DNA from: Candidatus Obscuribacterales bacterium
GTDB lineage: Bacteria; Cyanobacteriota; Vampirovibrionia; Obscuribacterales; Obscuribacteraceae
DNA length: 64,000 nucleotides
NCBI GenBank assembly: GCA_965228855.1
Contig: CBDDIJ010000005.1
Location: 1,440,001 to 1,504,000 of the forward strand
Direction: 5' to 3'
The notes under the pieces were generated by a model. It was not told the DNA's origin and made no database searches. It saw only the letters and a program-made list of their open reading frames with translations. Shown here piece by piece: positions 1 through 8,957 of the stretch (position 1 is the stretch's first letter; each line of letters begins with the position of its first letter). Position numbers and translations under genes: made by a program.

Positions 1-2
1 GC

Positions 3-1409
3 GGTTTTGGCGGAGCCGGAGGTGACGGAACCACCGGAAGTGGAGGAAATGGAGGCAACGCCGGCACATATGCAAACGCCGGCGCAGGAGGACTGGTAAG
101 TCTGACCACAAAAAACAAATCGGCACCAGCGAACATCTCTGTCGGTACGATTGACGTCTCAGCATCGACAGCGGCTGATCCCGGCTCGGTCGGAGGTAAT
201 GCAGGCAATCAGACAACACCTTCGAGCGGCACGGGAGGAATTGGTGGAGCAGGAGGATCTGCCGGAACCTCTGCGAATGCTGGCAAGGTAACGGTCAAAA
301 GCGGCGCGGCTGTTTCAATAAACAACCTGGAGGCCGACGGAAGTACTAATCAGGTCGGCCGGGGCGGTCGAGGCGGTAACTCGTCGACAACAGGCGGATT
401 GGGCGGCAACGGCGGATCAGGCAGGATCAGCGGCAGTGGCGGAATCGTCTCGATCAAAGCATCGGGACTTGTTTCGGGTAGCGGCACCTGGAGAGCCGAC
501 GGAGGAAGCACATCCTCGGCTAGCGGCGGAGACGGTGGAGACGGCAGTAATCAGGGTGGAAACGCCGGCACGACCAGCACAGCAGGAGATGCCGGCTCAG
601 GAGGCAGCATAACGGTTTCAACCAAAGCCGGAATCAACCTTTCCACAATTAACGCAAGGGGTGGTTCCGCTGCGGCTGTAAATGTCTCGGGCGTCGGTGG
701 CATTAGTGTAGCCGGCGCCGGCGGCGTCGGTGGAGGTTCGGCGGCCCTCGCCGGAGCCGGAGGTACTGGTGGCAAAGTAATCCTGAAAGCGAAGACGAAT
801 GTGAACGTCAGTTCAGCAGCTCGGGTCGACGGCGGCAGCGGTCAGCGAATTTTCGGCGGAACAGGCGGCAATAGCACCAACGGCACCGGCGGTCAGGGCG
901 GTGCAGGAGGCATCAGCGGTGCCGGCGGAGATGCTGGCTCACTTTCAGTCAAGACATCTGGTCTTGCCACCCTGGTCACCGCATCAGCAGTTGGTGGCGC
1001 CGGCGGCGACGGCGGTTTTGGAGGAGAAGGCGGTAATTCTACGAATGCGCTCGGGGGTGAAGGCGGTGTCGGAGGAGCCGGTGCCCTTGGAGGAGACGGT
1101 GGCAGCATAAGCATCAAAGCCTCTGACGTCACCTTCGTCACCAGTGCGTCAGCCGATGGCGGCAGCGGAGGCGATGGCGGATTCGGCGGGGACGGCGGCT
1201 TAGGTACAACAGTCGGAGCCGGAGGAGATGCGCAACCGGCTGGCAATGGCGGCGACGGCGGAACCATCAAGACTTCGGATCCAACGGGAATAAGCGGCAC
1301 TGCCAACGGTGGAGCTGGCGGTAGCGTCGGGCTTGGTGGCGCCGGACTACCGGCCGGAAACAATTCAACTGCAGGCTCTAACGGAGCAGACGGCACGGTT
1401 TCACCATAG
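3..1409 (+). CDS. C-terminal part of a Gly/Ala/Ser-rich repeat protein (PE-PGRS-like/adhesin-like), 5' truncated by the window
   Basis: Frame is open from base 3 (GFGGAGGDGTTGSGG...) to the stop at 1409; repeated GGxGGxGG blocks alternate with short beta-strand motifs (GGSISIKA, GGKVILKA). Confidence 0.8.
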   Translation, partial: GFGGAGGDGTTGSGGNGGNAGTYANAGAGGLVSLTTKNKSAPANISVGTIDVSASTAADPGSVGGNAGNQTTPSSGTGGIGGAGGSAGTSANAGKVTVKSGAAVSINNLEADGSTNQVGRGGRGGNSSTTGGLGGNGGSGRISGSGGIVSIKASGLVSGSGTWRADGGSTSSASGGDGGDGSNQGGNAGTTSTAGDAGSGGSITVSTKAGINLSTINARGGSAAAVNVSGVGGISVAGAGGVGGGSAALAGAGGTGGKVILKAKTNVNVSSAARVDGGSGQRIFGGTGGNSTNGTGGQGGAGGISGAGGDAGSLSVKTSGLATLVTASAVGGAGGDGGFGGEGGNSTNALGGEGGVGGAGALGGDGGSISIKASDVTFVTSASADGGSGGDGGFGGDGGLGTTVGAGGDAQPAGNGGDGGTIKTSDPTGISGTANGGAGGSVGLGGAGLPAGNNSTAGSNGADGTVSP

Positions 1410-1648
1410 GACGCCTCAAAACACTAATTCTGAGGGCATCCCCAGATTCGGAAAACTCTGTGCGATTACACATTTAAATCGCATGAGTTCTTGGTTACGA
1501 TGTTGGCACAAAGGGAACCCCAATCCCCCGCATCAACAGGAAATGGCAGAACGACGAGGCTTTCTCCCAGCAACCTTCCTCCTCATCGAACTGAACAAGC
1601 GTCCATGGATCCGCCGCAGACCATGGGCGCATTTTCCTTTGCTAAACC

Positions 1649-2194
1649 TCATGGAATCACATACGGCAAACCGCTCGAACCCACGCCTCCCGGAGGCATG
1701 CGGACGACGGGAATGAGATAGCCCGACATCTTCGGATTATTGTTGAGCCAGACGTAAGCTTCCGGTGCCTGTTGTTTTATACAGGTCGCACTATCACCCA
1801 GGGTCACGGAGAAAGGCATCATCCCAGCTTCCGTGCCGTGAAACAGCGGTAAGTTTTTACAGGTGATATCGACCTGAATAGACGGAGCACCTTCAACCGT
1901 TATCTCTTTGATGTCAATCTCCGCCTGAGCCGCGTTAAAACCCATTGCGCCGAGCAAACTTCGCCCCACTTCCTCACCCCGGGTCCGCTTATCTTCATTC
2001 ATCTTCAACTGCGCCGTATAAGTCGCTGTCTGCATCGCCACATATGCAATCTTCTGTTTGTAAAACATCGACATGCCCGAATTTATCAACAGACTAATTG
2101 ATGCTACCGTGATCGAAACAATTAGCCAGAGCGCAACAACGCCCTCAGCCAGAGCCGCGCCACGCTGGTTTCTGCCACGCATATTCTTTTGCAT
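1649..2194 (-). CDS. TadE/Flp pseudopilin-like protein
   Basis: Basic N-terminus followed by RGAALAE plus a hydrophobic helix (prepilin-like G|xxxxE motif). Confidence 0.6.
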   Translation of the reverse strand: MQKNMRGRNQRGAALAEGVVALWLIVSITVASISLLINSGMSMFYKQKIAYVAMQTATYTAQLKMNEDKRTRGEEVGRSLLGAMGFNAAQAEIDIKEITVEGAPSIQVDITCKNLPLFHGTEAGMMPFSVTLGDSATCIKQQAPEAYVWLNNNPKMSGYLIPVVRMPPGGVGSSGLPYVIP

Positions 2195-2291
2195 AAATAC
2201 CTGACCGAGACAAAGGAAGTAGAGGTTGCCCTTACTACATTTCCCAATTTGCCTCGGTCAATAAACGCCAGCCGGTGCGTTCGAAAGCAAC

Positions 2292-2771
2292 TTACGTTGA
2301 AACGCCGGTGCCTACTTTCTGAGATGGTGTCACATACGGTGACTCAACGACCGCTGACTTACAGAACAAAAACTTATCCGCAGAGATCGTTCCAGGTCCG
2401 GTGAAAAACAGCAGCACAGCAGAGCTCAAATAACTGGCCGCGGCCTCGAATGAGTTCGGCCCACCGATCCAGTGCCCTCCTTGAGGCACGTGAACCATAA
2501 AAATGGCGACGGACATCGTAATTGCAATTCCGAGACATGCTAGAGGCGTCAACAGCCCAGCTACCAGGGCTAGACCTCCCCCGAATTCAGACAATGCGGC
2601 ACAAAACTGAAAGAACGCTGGAACGCCACTCCCCATCTTGTCCATCCAGGTAAATGGGTGCAAAATCTTCTCGTATCCATGCATCATCAACGCGACGCCT
2701 GTTACGACGCGGAAGATCAGTAAACCGGTTCCAGCTCTGCCGCCGATAAATGGCGTATAAAGCTTCATCAT
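2292..2771 (-). CDS. DoxX family membrane protein
   Basis: LLIFRVVTGVALMMHGYEK, EFGGGLALVAGLLT, GPGTISAD motifs; start reassigned to ATG 2771 (MMKLY). Confidence 0.85.
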   Translation of the reverse strand: MMKLYTPFIGGRAGTGLLIFRVVTGVALMMHGYEKILHPFTWMDKMGSGVPAFFQFCAALSEFGGGLALVAGLLTPLACLGIAITMSVAIFMVHVPQGGHWIGGPNSFEAAASYLSSAVLLFFTGPGTISADKFLFCKSAVVESPYVTPSQKVGTGVST

Positions 2772-2844
2772 AATAGGTCCCTCGCTACGATTTCTGGTAC
2801 CCATAGCGCAGAAACAGCGCAGCGATGCGCAAATAGTTAAAAGT

Positions 2845-3906
2845 CTAAATGCTTTGACCGTTGGCAATTGCCCACCGAATGCTTCTCCGCATTCCTTCTT
2901 CAAGCGAAATCTTCGGATCGTAGTGCAATTCTCGTTCCGCTTTCGCGACACTACAGGCGATGCTCTTGTTCATCTCGGAAAGAACATGAAACTTTTGATG
3001 ATACAATCCAACACTTTGAAGTGTCGCATCCACAGCTAAAGCGACTTCACTGGCAACGTCCGGCAATCGCATCCGTTTGTGAGCAACCGGCATCTTAAAC
3101 TCGGTTTCCAACAATCGTTCAATCGTGTCGACGATCTCGTTCATCGTGTATGGCTTGCGGTCGGCAATCCAATAGGTCTTGCCCCTGGCGGCCTCAGATG
3201 ACTCCGCCAACATAAGTCCCTGGCAGATGTTATCGATATATGCCATTGAGCGTAGGTTATTGCCATCACCAACGATCGGTACTTTGCCGCTTTTAATCAT
3301 CGAGAAGAAGAGTGCCTGACGGGGAGGTTGACCGGGCCCGTAAAACCATGGCGGTCGAATAATTACCGTTTCCAAACTGCCAGCGAGGGATTTAGAATTG
3401 ACCAGGTCTTCGGCGAGCCGCTTGCTACGCCCATAATGCATGTATGGATTATAGGGAGTGTCCTCGTCAAACAATTTGGTTCGCGTCGGATTACACCCGA
3501 TCGGCGAGTTCGAGGAAACGTAAATAAACCGCTTGGTGCGCGCGTTTTGAGCGCCCTCAAGTAAATTTGCGGTTCCATTCACGTTTACGTCGTAAAACTG
3601 CTTGCGACCTCTGGTGGGGTGCACGACGCCCGCCACATGAAAGACATTCGGCTCCCACGTACCTTCAAATAACCTTGCAACCGAAGCACTATCGGTGATA
3701 TCACAATCGAAAATTTGAACCTGGTCGCCGAATCGGCTCAAACTATTATCCAGACTGCCCGGCTCTCGTGCTACGCGTACTATTCTGGGCTCAACTTCGC
3801 TAAGTACCGGAACCTCGGGCAACCCCTGCAACAAACTCTCCACTAATCTCGAACCCAGCCAGCCAGGAGCACCGGTAACGATTGCAATCTTTGGAGCCAC
3901 TGCCAA
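2845..3906 (-). CDS. NAD-dependent epimerase/dehydratase (extended SDR, 3-beta-HSD-like)
   Basis: TGAPGWLG Rossmann motif, YGRSK catalytic YxxxK, RPPWFYGPG. Confidence 0.85.
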   Translation of the reverse strand: MAVAPKIAIVTGAPGWLGSRLVESLLQGLPEVPVLSEVEPRIVRVAREPGSLDNSLSRFGDQVQIFDCDITDSASVARLFEGTWEPNVFHVAGVVHPTRGRKQFYDVNVNGTANLLEGAQNARTKRFIYVSSNSPIGCNPTRTKLFDEDTPYNPYMHYGRSKRLAEDLVNSKSLAGSLETVIIRPPWFYGPGQPPRQALFFSMIKSGKVPIVGDGNNLRSMAYIDNICQGLMLAESSEAARGKTYWIADRKPYTMNEIVDTIERLLETEFKMPVAHKRMRLPDVASEVALAVDATLQSVGLYHQKFHVLSEMNKSIACSVAKAERELHYDPKISLEEGMRRSIRWAIANGQSI

Positions 3907-5385
3907 CTATCCTCGTTTATTCGCGATGAAGTTTAACACGTTGCGCCGCGCGATCGCCATGATGGTCCCCTGCGGATTGATACCTGGAGATTCCGGCAAC
4001 ATACTTGCGTCGTTCACGAACAAATTCTCAAAACCGAATACCTTCCCATACGAATCCACTGCGCACTTATCACGACGTTCTCCCATCGGGCAGGTTGAGA
4101 ACGCGTGAACGGCAGTCAGGCTGAGCGATGAGCGCGAGAGGTTTTCGTCCAACCATTTAACGGCGTCCAACTCACTGGTGATCGCCGGTAACGATTGTAT
4201 GCACGGATGTACGGACTTCGCGCCTGCACGCAGCAACAGTGATGCCAGCCGAGCCAGTCCCTGACTGAGGTTTCTGATATCCACATCAGAGAGCTCGAAT
4301 CGCAAGATTGCGTACTCGCTTCCAAAACGAGCAGGACGGACGCTACCATATCCGGTGCTTCTCACTGCAACGTTGTAGGTGGCCATCTTGCGGTAGTCGC
4401 GCATGAGGTGCTGACTTTCAGTCCAATTGTCGCTTAGATTCATCGCCAACTGACCTGTGGAGAAAAATGAACCACCAAGTTGAATGTCAGGCCAAAACTC
4501 TTTTACTTGCAATACCGGCATCACGGATTTTTGCGCATCAATCTCCTCGTCGAAGAGGGCTGAAACCTTGAGCATGGGATGGATTTGAAATGTATCACCG
4601 ACGTGAGATTTGATACCACTCCGCCGGAGAAGCGCGGGCGTTTGAGTCGCGCCAGCGCACAGGAATACGTGATCCGCATCAATCCTCACAAGGTCCGTGG
4701 AATTGTCCTCGCGTTTTATCTCAGCAAGCACACCGGTCACCCGATTCTTTGCCTTCAGCAGCAACTTGACCTTGCAGTTAGTAATGAATTTGCAGCCTGC
4801 AGCCTCGGCGAGTGGAACCAGGTTGCGCGTCATACCCTGTTTTGCTCCTTGCGGACAGCCGGACGCGCATTGATTAGTATTCACGCAATCGCCAGCGGCG
4901 CGCGGAATGGCACGGGCGGACCACCCCATCGACTCGACTCCCCGTTTGAACACCTCGCTGTTCTTTTGCAAACGGTCGCCGGTCTCAACCACTTTCAGCT
5001 GTTCCTCGCACCACTGGTAGTGCGGTGCAAGCTGCTCAACCGAGAAGTCATTGATTCCGAACTGGCTGACCCAACGCAACACGAATTCAGGCGGCATTCT
5101 GTGCCAGAAACCGCTATTGATCTCCGTACTCCCGCCCAGACAGCGCCCTTCGACAAAACCGATAGGAACCGACCCGAGAATCGGAGTCATTCCCCGATTT
5201 CGATACAAGGTCTGCATTGCATGCGTCACGCCCTTGCCATAAGCATCTAAACCGTGACGCGCCCCCTCTTCAAGAACGACAACTTCAAAACCAGCACGGG
5301 CGAGTTCCACGGCAGTTATCGCGCCGCCGGCGCCTGAACCGACAACTAAATATTGAACCCGCACGGACTTCGGCTGATTTGTCAT
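3907..5385 (-). CDS. GMC family FAD-dependent oxidoreductase
   Basis: VVGSGAGG FAD motif, GRCLGGSTEIN, CxxxxxCxxGC, VHAFSTCPMG, VNDASMLP...INPQGTIMA. Confidence 0.9.
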   Translation of the reverse strand: MTNQPKSVRVQYLVVGSGAGGAITAVELARAGFEVVVLEEGARHGLDAYGKGVTHAMQTLYRNRGMTPILGSVPIGFVEGRCLGGSTEINSGFWHRMPPEFVLRWVSQFGINDFSVEQLAPHYQWCEEQLKVVETGDRLQKNSEVFKRGVESMGWSARAIPRAAGDCVNTNQCASGCPQGAKQGMTRNLVPLAEAAGCKFITNCKVKLLLKAKNRVTGVLAEIKREDNSTDLVRIDADHVFLCAGATQTPALLRRSGIKSHVGDTFQIHPMLKVSALFDEEIDAQKSVMPVLQVKEFWPDIQLGGSFFSTGQLAMNLSDNWTESQHLMRDYRKMATYNVAVRSTGYGSVRPARFGSEYAILRFELSDVDIRNLSQGLARLASLLLRAGAKSVHPCIQSLPAITSELDAVKWLDENLSRSSLSLTAVHAFSTCPMGERRDKCAVDSYGKVFGFENLFVNDASMLPESPGINPQGTIMAIARRNVLNFIANKRG

Positions 5386-5431
5386 ACTGACACCGCCGGC
5401 GAAGAATCAAAGCATTGGAGCGAAGACCGAT

Positions 5432-7024
5432 TCAGACGGAAACCTCCGGACATGGCGCACCATCACTGTTCATCGAGAGCTTATCGAGCAGCGCTTGAAC
5501 AGCTGGATGGTCGTAGTAGTAAAACAAAGCAAGACTGCGGATCGGTTTCATAAATTTCCTGGTGAGAGAAACCTTCCCAAACGCCCAGGCATCAACGAGA
5601 TTGCGCCGCTGCGCCAGTGGAACGTGACATAAAAATCGTCCGGTACTTAAAACTATCAATGCCTTAAACACCGTCAAACCAATGTCGAAAACAACACGCA
5701 GACGAAACGGCAATCGCTCCAGCTCAGTTACGGTGAAGGTGCTAGCCTCACGCAAAACCGTGTTGAACTCATCCGAATCCGGCAGCCTATGCTCGTCCGG
5801 TATAAAGCACTCACATAACCCCGACCAGAACTTGGTGACTTTCTCTTCCACGCGAGCAGAAATCTCGGGATAAGAAGTTATGAAATTCATGGAGTCCGCA
5901 TGCTCGTCAGGCAAAGCGCGAATAGGCTTGGCTTCATATGCGAGGGCGGCTGTCGAACCGAGTTCCATCGTGTATTTTGCCATCGCATATACACCCCATA
6001 CAGTGACGGTGATGTAGTAAATCGAGTGGACTATGACTGCATAACTTACGGCGATATTCGGATCGACGGCAATCGGATCGGTTGTTCCGGGTGTCATACC
6101 GGGGACAGAGCAAACCTTGATCAGCGCCTCTCGACAGGCGAAATGATACGTGCCGACATGCCCAGGCGTAGACGGAATCAGAATGCCCAGGTTAGTAACC
6201 GACATCGTGATAACGGCCCGGATAAACCCAGGAGGCAATCCGAAACAAGGCATAACAAGCATAAAAAAAATAGATTCGACCAGCCAAATCAAAAAGCTGC
6301 TTGCCAAAATAAAGATGGCACTCTGAGCGTCGCGCAAACAACCAAAGCCGCGATTGATTTGCGTTACCAGCGCCACCACCTTAGTGTGCACCTTCCAGCT
6401 CAAGCGAGACGTGATCGCTGACGCCAGAGCAACGGCGGTCTGTGGTGTGAGAGTAATAATTGCCACACTCAACAAAGCAATAATGAAAAGCAAGGCAGCA
6501 AGCGCGGTCCAGTTTCTCATCTCGGGAGTGGCAGGGACTATCATTGAGGCGGTAACCAACAAAAGCAAGATTACAAGCCCGTCCAGCAGGCGTTCCAGAA
6601 AAGTGATAGTCAGCGACAGAAGGTAGGGCATGCCGGTCCGCTCAGACAGCATTCCGGCGCGAACGAACTCTCCAAGCCGTGCCGGCAATATGTTATTAAC
6701 GGCAAAACCCACAGCAACGATATTACTGGCGGTGCCAGTCGAAATCACTGCTTCGTTTTTAACCAGCAACTGCAATCGCAAACCACGAAGCAGCATCCCG
6801 ACTATGTAAGTCAAGACGGCAAGCGGCAACCACGGTAGCCAGATTGCGTTTTGAAAAGCCGTAATAATTTTATCGGTGGCTAGATTGCGCGAAATCACGT
6901 AGAGAAAAACACAACCGACGACAAACCCGACGATAACAATCGCGCCACGCGAGCGAAAAATCTTCGCCCAAGCAGAGAAGAATCCCTTAACTCCGCGCGT
7001 TATTAAGTTGCCGCCCTGCACCAA
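5432..7024 (-). CDS. Lysylphosphatidylglycerol-synthase TM (flippase-like) domain fused to a soluble C-terminal domain
   Basis: NNILPARLGEFVRA, ERLLDG and IPSTPGHVGTYH motifs with many TM segments; extra ~170-aa C-terminal domain. Confidence 0.8.
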   Translation of the reverse strand: MVQGGNLITRGVKGFFSAWAKIFRSRGAIVIVGFVVGCVFLYVISRNLATDKIITAFQNAIWLPWLPLAVLTYIVGMLLRGLRLQLLVKNEAVISTGTASNIVAVGFAVNNILPARLGEFVRAGMLSERTGMPYLLSLTITFLERLLDGLVILLLLVTASMIVPATPEMRNWTALAALLFIIALLSVAIITLTPQTAVALASAITSRLSWKVHTKVVALVTQINRGFGCLRDAQSAIFILASSFLIWLVESIFFMLVMPCFGLPPGFIRAVITMSVTNLGILIPSTPGHVGTYHFACREALIKVCSVPGMTPGTTDPIAVDPNIAVSYAVIVHSIYYITVTVWGVYAMAKYTMELGSTAALAYEAKPIRALPDEHADSMNFITSYPEISARVEEKVTKFWSGLCECFIPDEHRLPDSDEFNTVLREASTFTVTELERLPFRLRVVFDIGLTVFKALIVLSTGRFLCHVPLAQRRNLVDAWAFGKVSLTRKFMKPIRSLALFYYYDHPAVQALLDKLSMNSDGAPCPEVSV

Positions 7025-7177
7025 ACTTCATCTCCCCGAAGTCTATAGAAGATACTCTTTTATGCCCTTATCGGTTCGCGATATGTATTGACGCGCGTTT
7101 CAGGACTTCACATCGTGTTTATCAGACACGGCGATCGGTTTCTCGAAACTGAAGCCCAGCTGTGAAAAAATAATAGA

Positions 7178-8914
7178 GTGAGAGCACTGTTCGAGGATTT
7201 GATTCTGTCTGAGCAAATCGACGAAAATACGCTGAGAACTCAGCTTCGCAGCATTCTGGATGTACCGGCGGGAGCCTCGCGGCGCCAGATGCGCAAAGCG
7301 CGCGACCGCGAAGTTCAACGCTGCCGCGACGACATGCTTTCCAACGATGCAAAGCTCAACGCCCTTGCGAAAAAACGGCTGGAAGAGCTCGACCGTGCCT
7401 TCGAATATTTGACAGAACCGAAAAAATTTCGCGATTTTCACGAGCTGGTCAATGACAAAATCACTCTTGGAACGCTCGAGCCGGGTAGCCTGGCAGCCAG
7501 CATCGCCAGAAGCGAAGGCTTCGAAAATAAAACCGCAAAAGACGTCGACGCTGAGAGCCTGACGGCAGAGAGTGCGACCTCCGATACTCCTCATATTACG
7601 CTCGCAGAAGAGCGAGAAGTTCTAAAAGAGCTGCGTCGAAAAAGGCTTGAAAAGGCTCCGAAGATTGGACAAAAGCGCATCAAAGCTCGCGAAAAACTGG
7701 TCGCGGAAACCAGTGCCGAAATCGAGCAGGTCGCAAATAGCGCAGCCAAAGCCAAAGCTAGCGAACTGGTCGCAAAAGGCTATACCGGTTCCGAGGAATT
7801 CTTTGAGAGCGTTTACACAGCCGCCCTGCAGGCGGCTCAGTCCACACGCGATCGCGCAGTAAAAACCAGTCAAGAAAAGGACTTGCCCCTCGACGAGAAA
7901 GTGCTGGACGACTGGGAATCGGCGATCCTGGATAGATCGGAGGAAGCGGCGGAGCGCGAATACAACAGTCTGGAAGGCGTGATGGCAACGCAGAAGCCAT
8001 CGCCTTACAAGGGACCGCAATTTGCATTTCGCCTGGCTGTAACCCTTGTCACAGTAGCTGCGGCTCTGGTTGTATTTTGCAACATAAACACCTTAGTTTG
8101 GACGAACAGCCCCGCCGCTCTCAATCAGCAAACCAACGGAAAAAATGCGGCGGACAGCGCCGCCGATCTTTTTCAACAATTGAAAAACTTACCAACTCGG
8201 CTGAGCGCAAACACAAGCATCGCCACAGCTGAAGGTCTGGTCTCCAACGCCGGTACGGCAGGCCCCGCCGGCGCAGCAATGTCGATGGGCATAGACGGTT
8301 CAGCCGATTACAATGCCGGATGCACTGCCATCACCAATGGTGACTTCACAAAATCTATCGCAAGTTTCAATAACGCTATTTCGAAAAACCGAAACATCTA
8401 TCAGTATTGCTATAACCGCGCTATCGGCTGGCTTTCGAGAGGAGATTATCAAGCAGCTCTGCAAGATTTCGATGCTGCCATCGGTTTGCGAACAGATCTA
8501 ATGCAAGCCCGATACAACAAGGGAGTCATCTACCTCATGGGAGGCGCGGACTACGCAGGTCGCGCAGCGCATGAGAAGAATGCGAAATTGAAAGCCGGTA
8601 TGCAAGATCAGGCAGTAGTCAATTTGCGCGCGGCGATTGCAGAGTTTTCCTCGGTAGCTATTAAAATACCGGCGCTTGCCCAACCTCTCTACAACCGAGC
8701 CATCGCGAAGTATCGGCTTGGAGACTTGGAAGGAGCTATCTCCGACTTTGAGGCTGCAATCAATCGCGATTCCAAGATGGCGGCAGCAAAGTACAATCTG
8801 GAAATAGCCAAGAGTGCTCTGGCTGCGCCGAATGCTAAACCGGTAATTCCATCGGGCACCACCCCTAGTGCGCCAATCGGACCACAAGGTCCTTCGGCTC
8901 CGGGATTCTTCTAA
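7178..8914 (+). CDS. J-domain-like / coiled-coil / TM / TPR repeat protein
   Basis: N-terminal ILDVPAGAS...LDRAFEYLTEP J-like pattern, central TM segment, C-terminal TPRs (YNRAIG, YNKGVI, YNRAIAK). Confidence 0.7.
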   Translation: MRALFEDLILSEQIDENTLRTQLRSILDVPAGASRRQMRKARDREVQRCRDDMLSNDAKLNALAKKRLEELDRAFEYLTEPKKFRDFHELVNDKITLGTLEPGSLAASIARSEGFENKTAKDVDAESLTAESATSDTPHITLAEEREVLKELRRKRLEKAPKIGQKRIKAREKLVAETSAEIEQVANSAAKAKASELVAKGYTGSEEFFESVYTAALQAAQSTRDRAVKTSQEKDLPLDEKVLDDWESAILDRSEEAAEREYNSLEGVMATQKPSPYKGPQFAFRLAVTLVTVAAALVVFCNINTLVWTNSPAALNQQTNGKNAADSAADLFQQLKNLPTRLSANTSIATAEGLVSNAGTAGPAGAAMSMGIDGSADYNAGCTAITNGDFTKSIASFNNAISKNRNIYQYCYNRAIGWLSRGDYQAALQDFDAAIGLRTDLMQARYNKGVIYLMGGADYAGRAAHEKNAKLKAGMQDQAVVNLRAAIAEFSSVAIKIPALAQPLYNRAIAKYRLGDLEGAISDFEAAINRDSKMAAAKYNLEIAKSALAAPNAKPVIPSGTTPSAPIGPQGPSAPGFF

Positions 8915-8957
8915 GCGATAGGCTTGCGGCGATGAGGAGCGTTTCCGGTGCCCGCCG

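Noticed and set aside
551..1396. Pro-rich minus-strand ORFs
   Set aside because: Antisense of Gly codons in the Gly-rich gene
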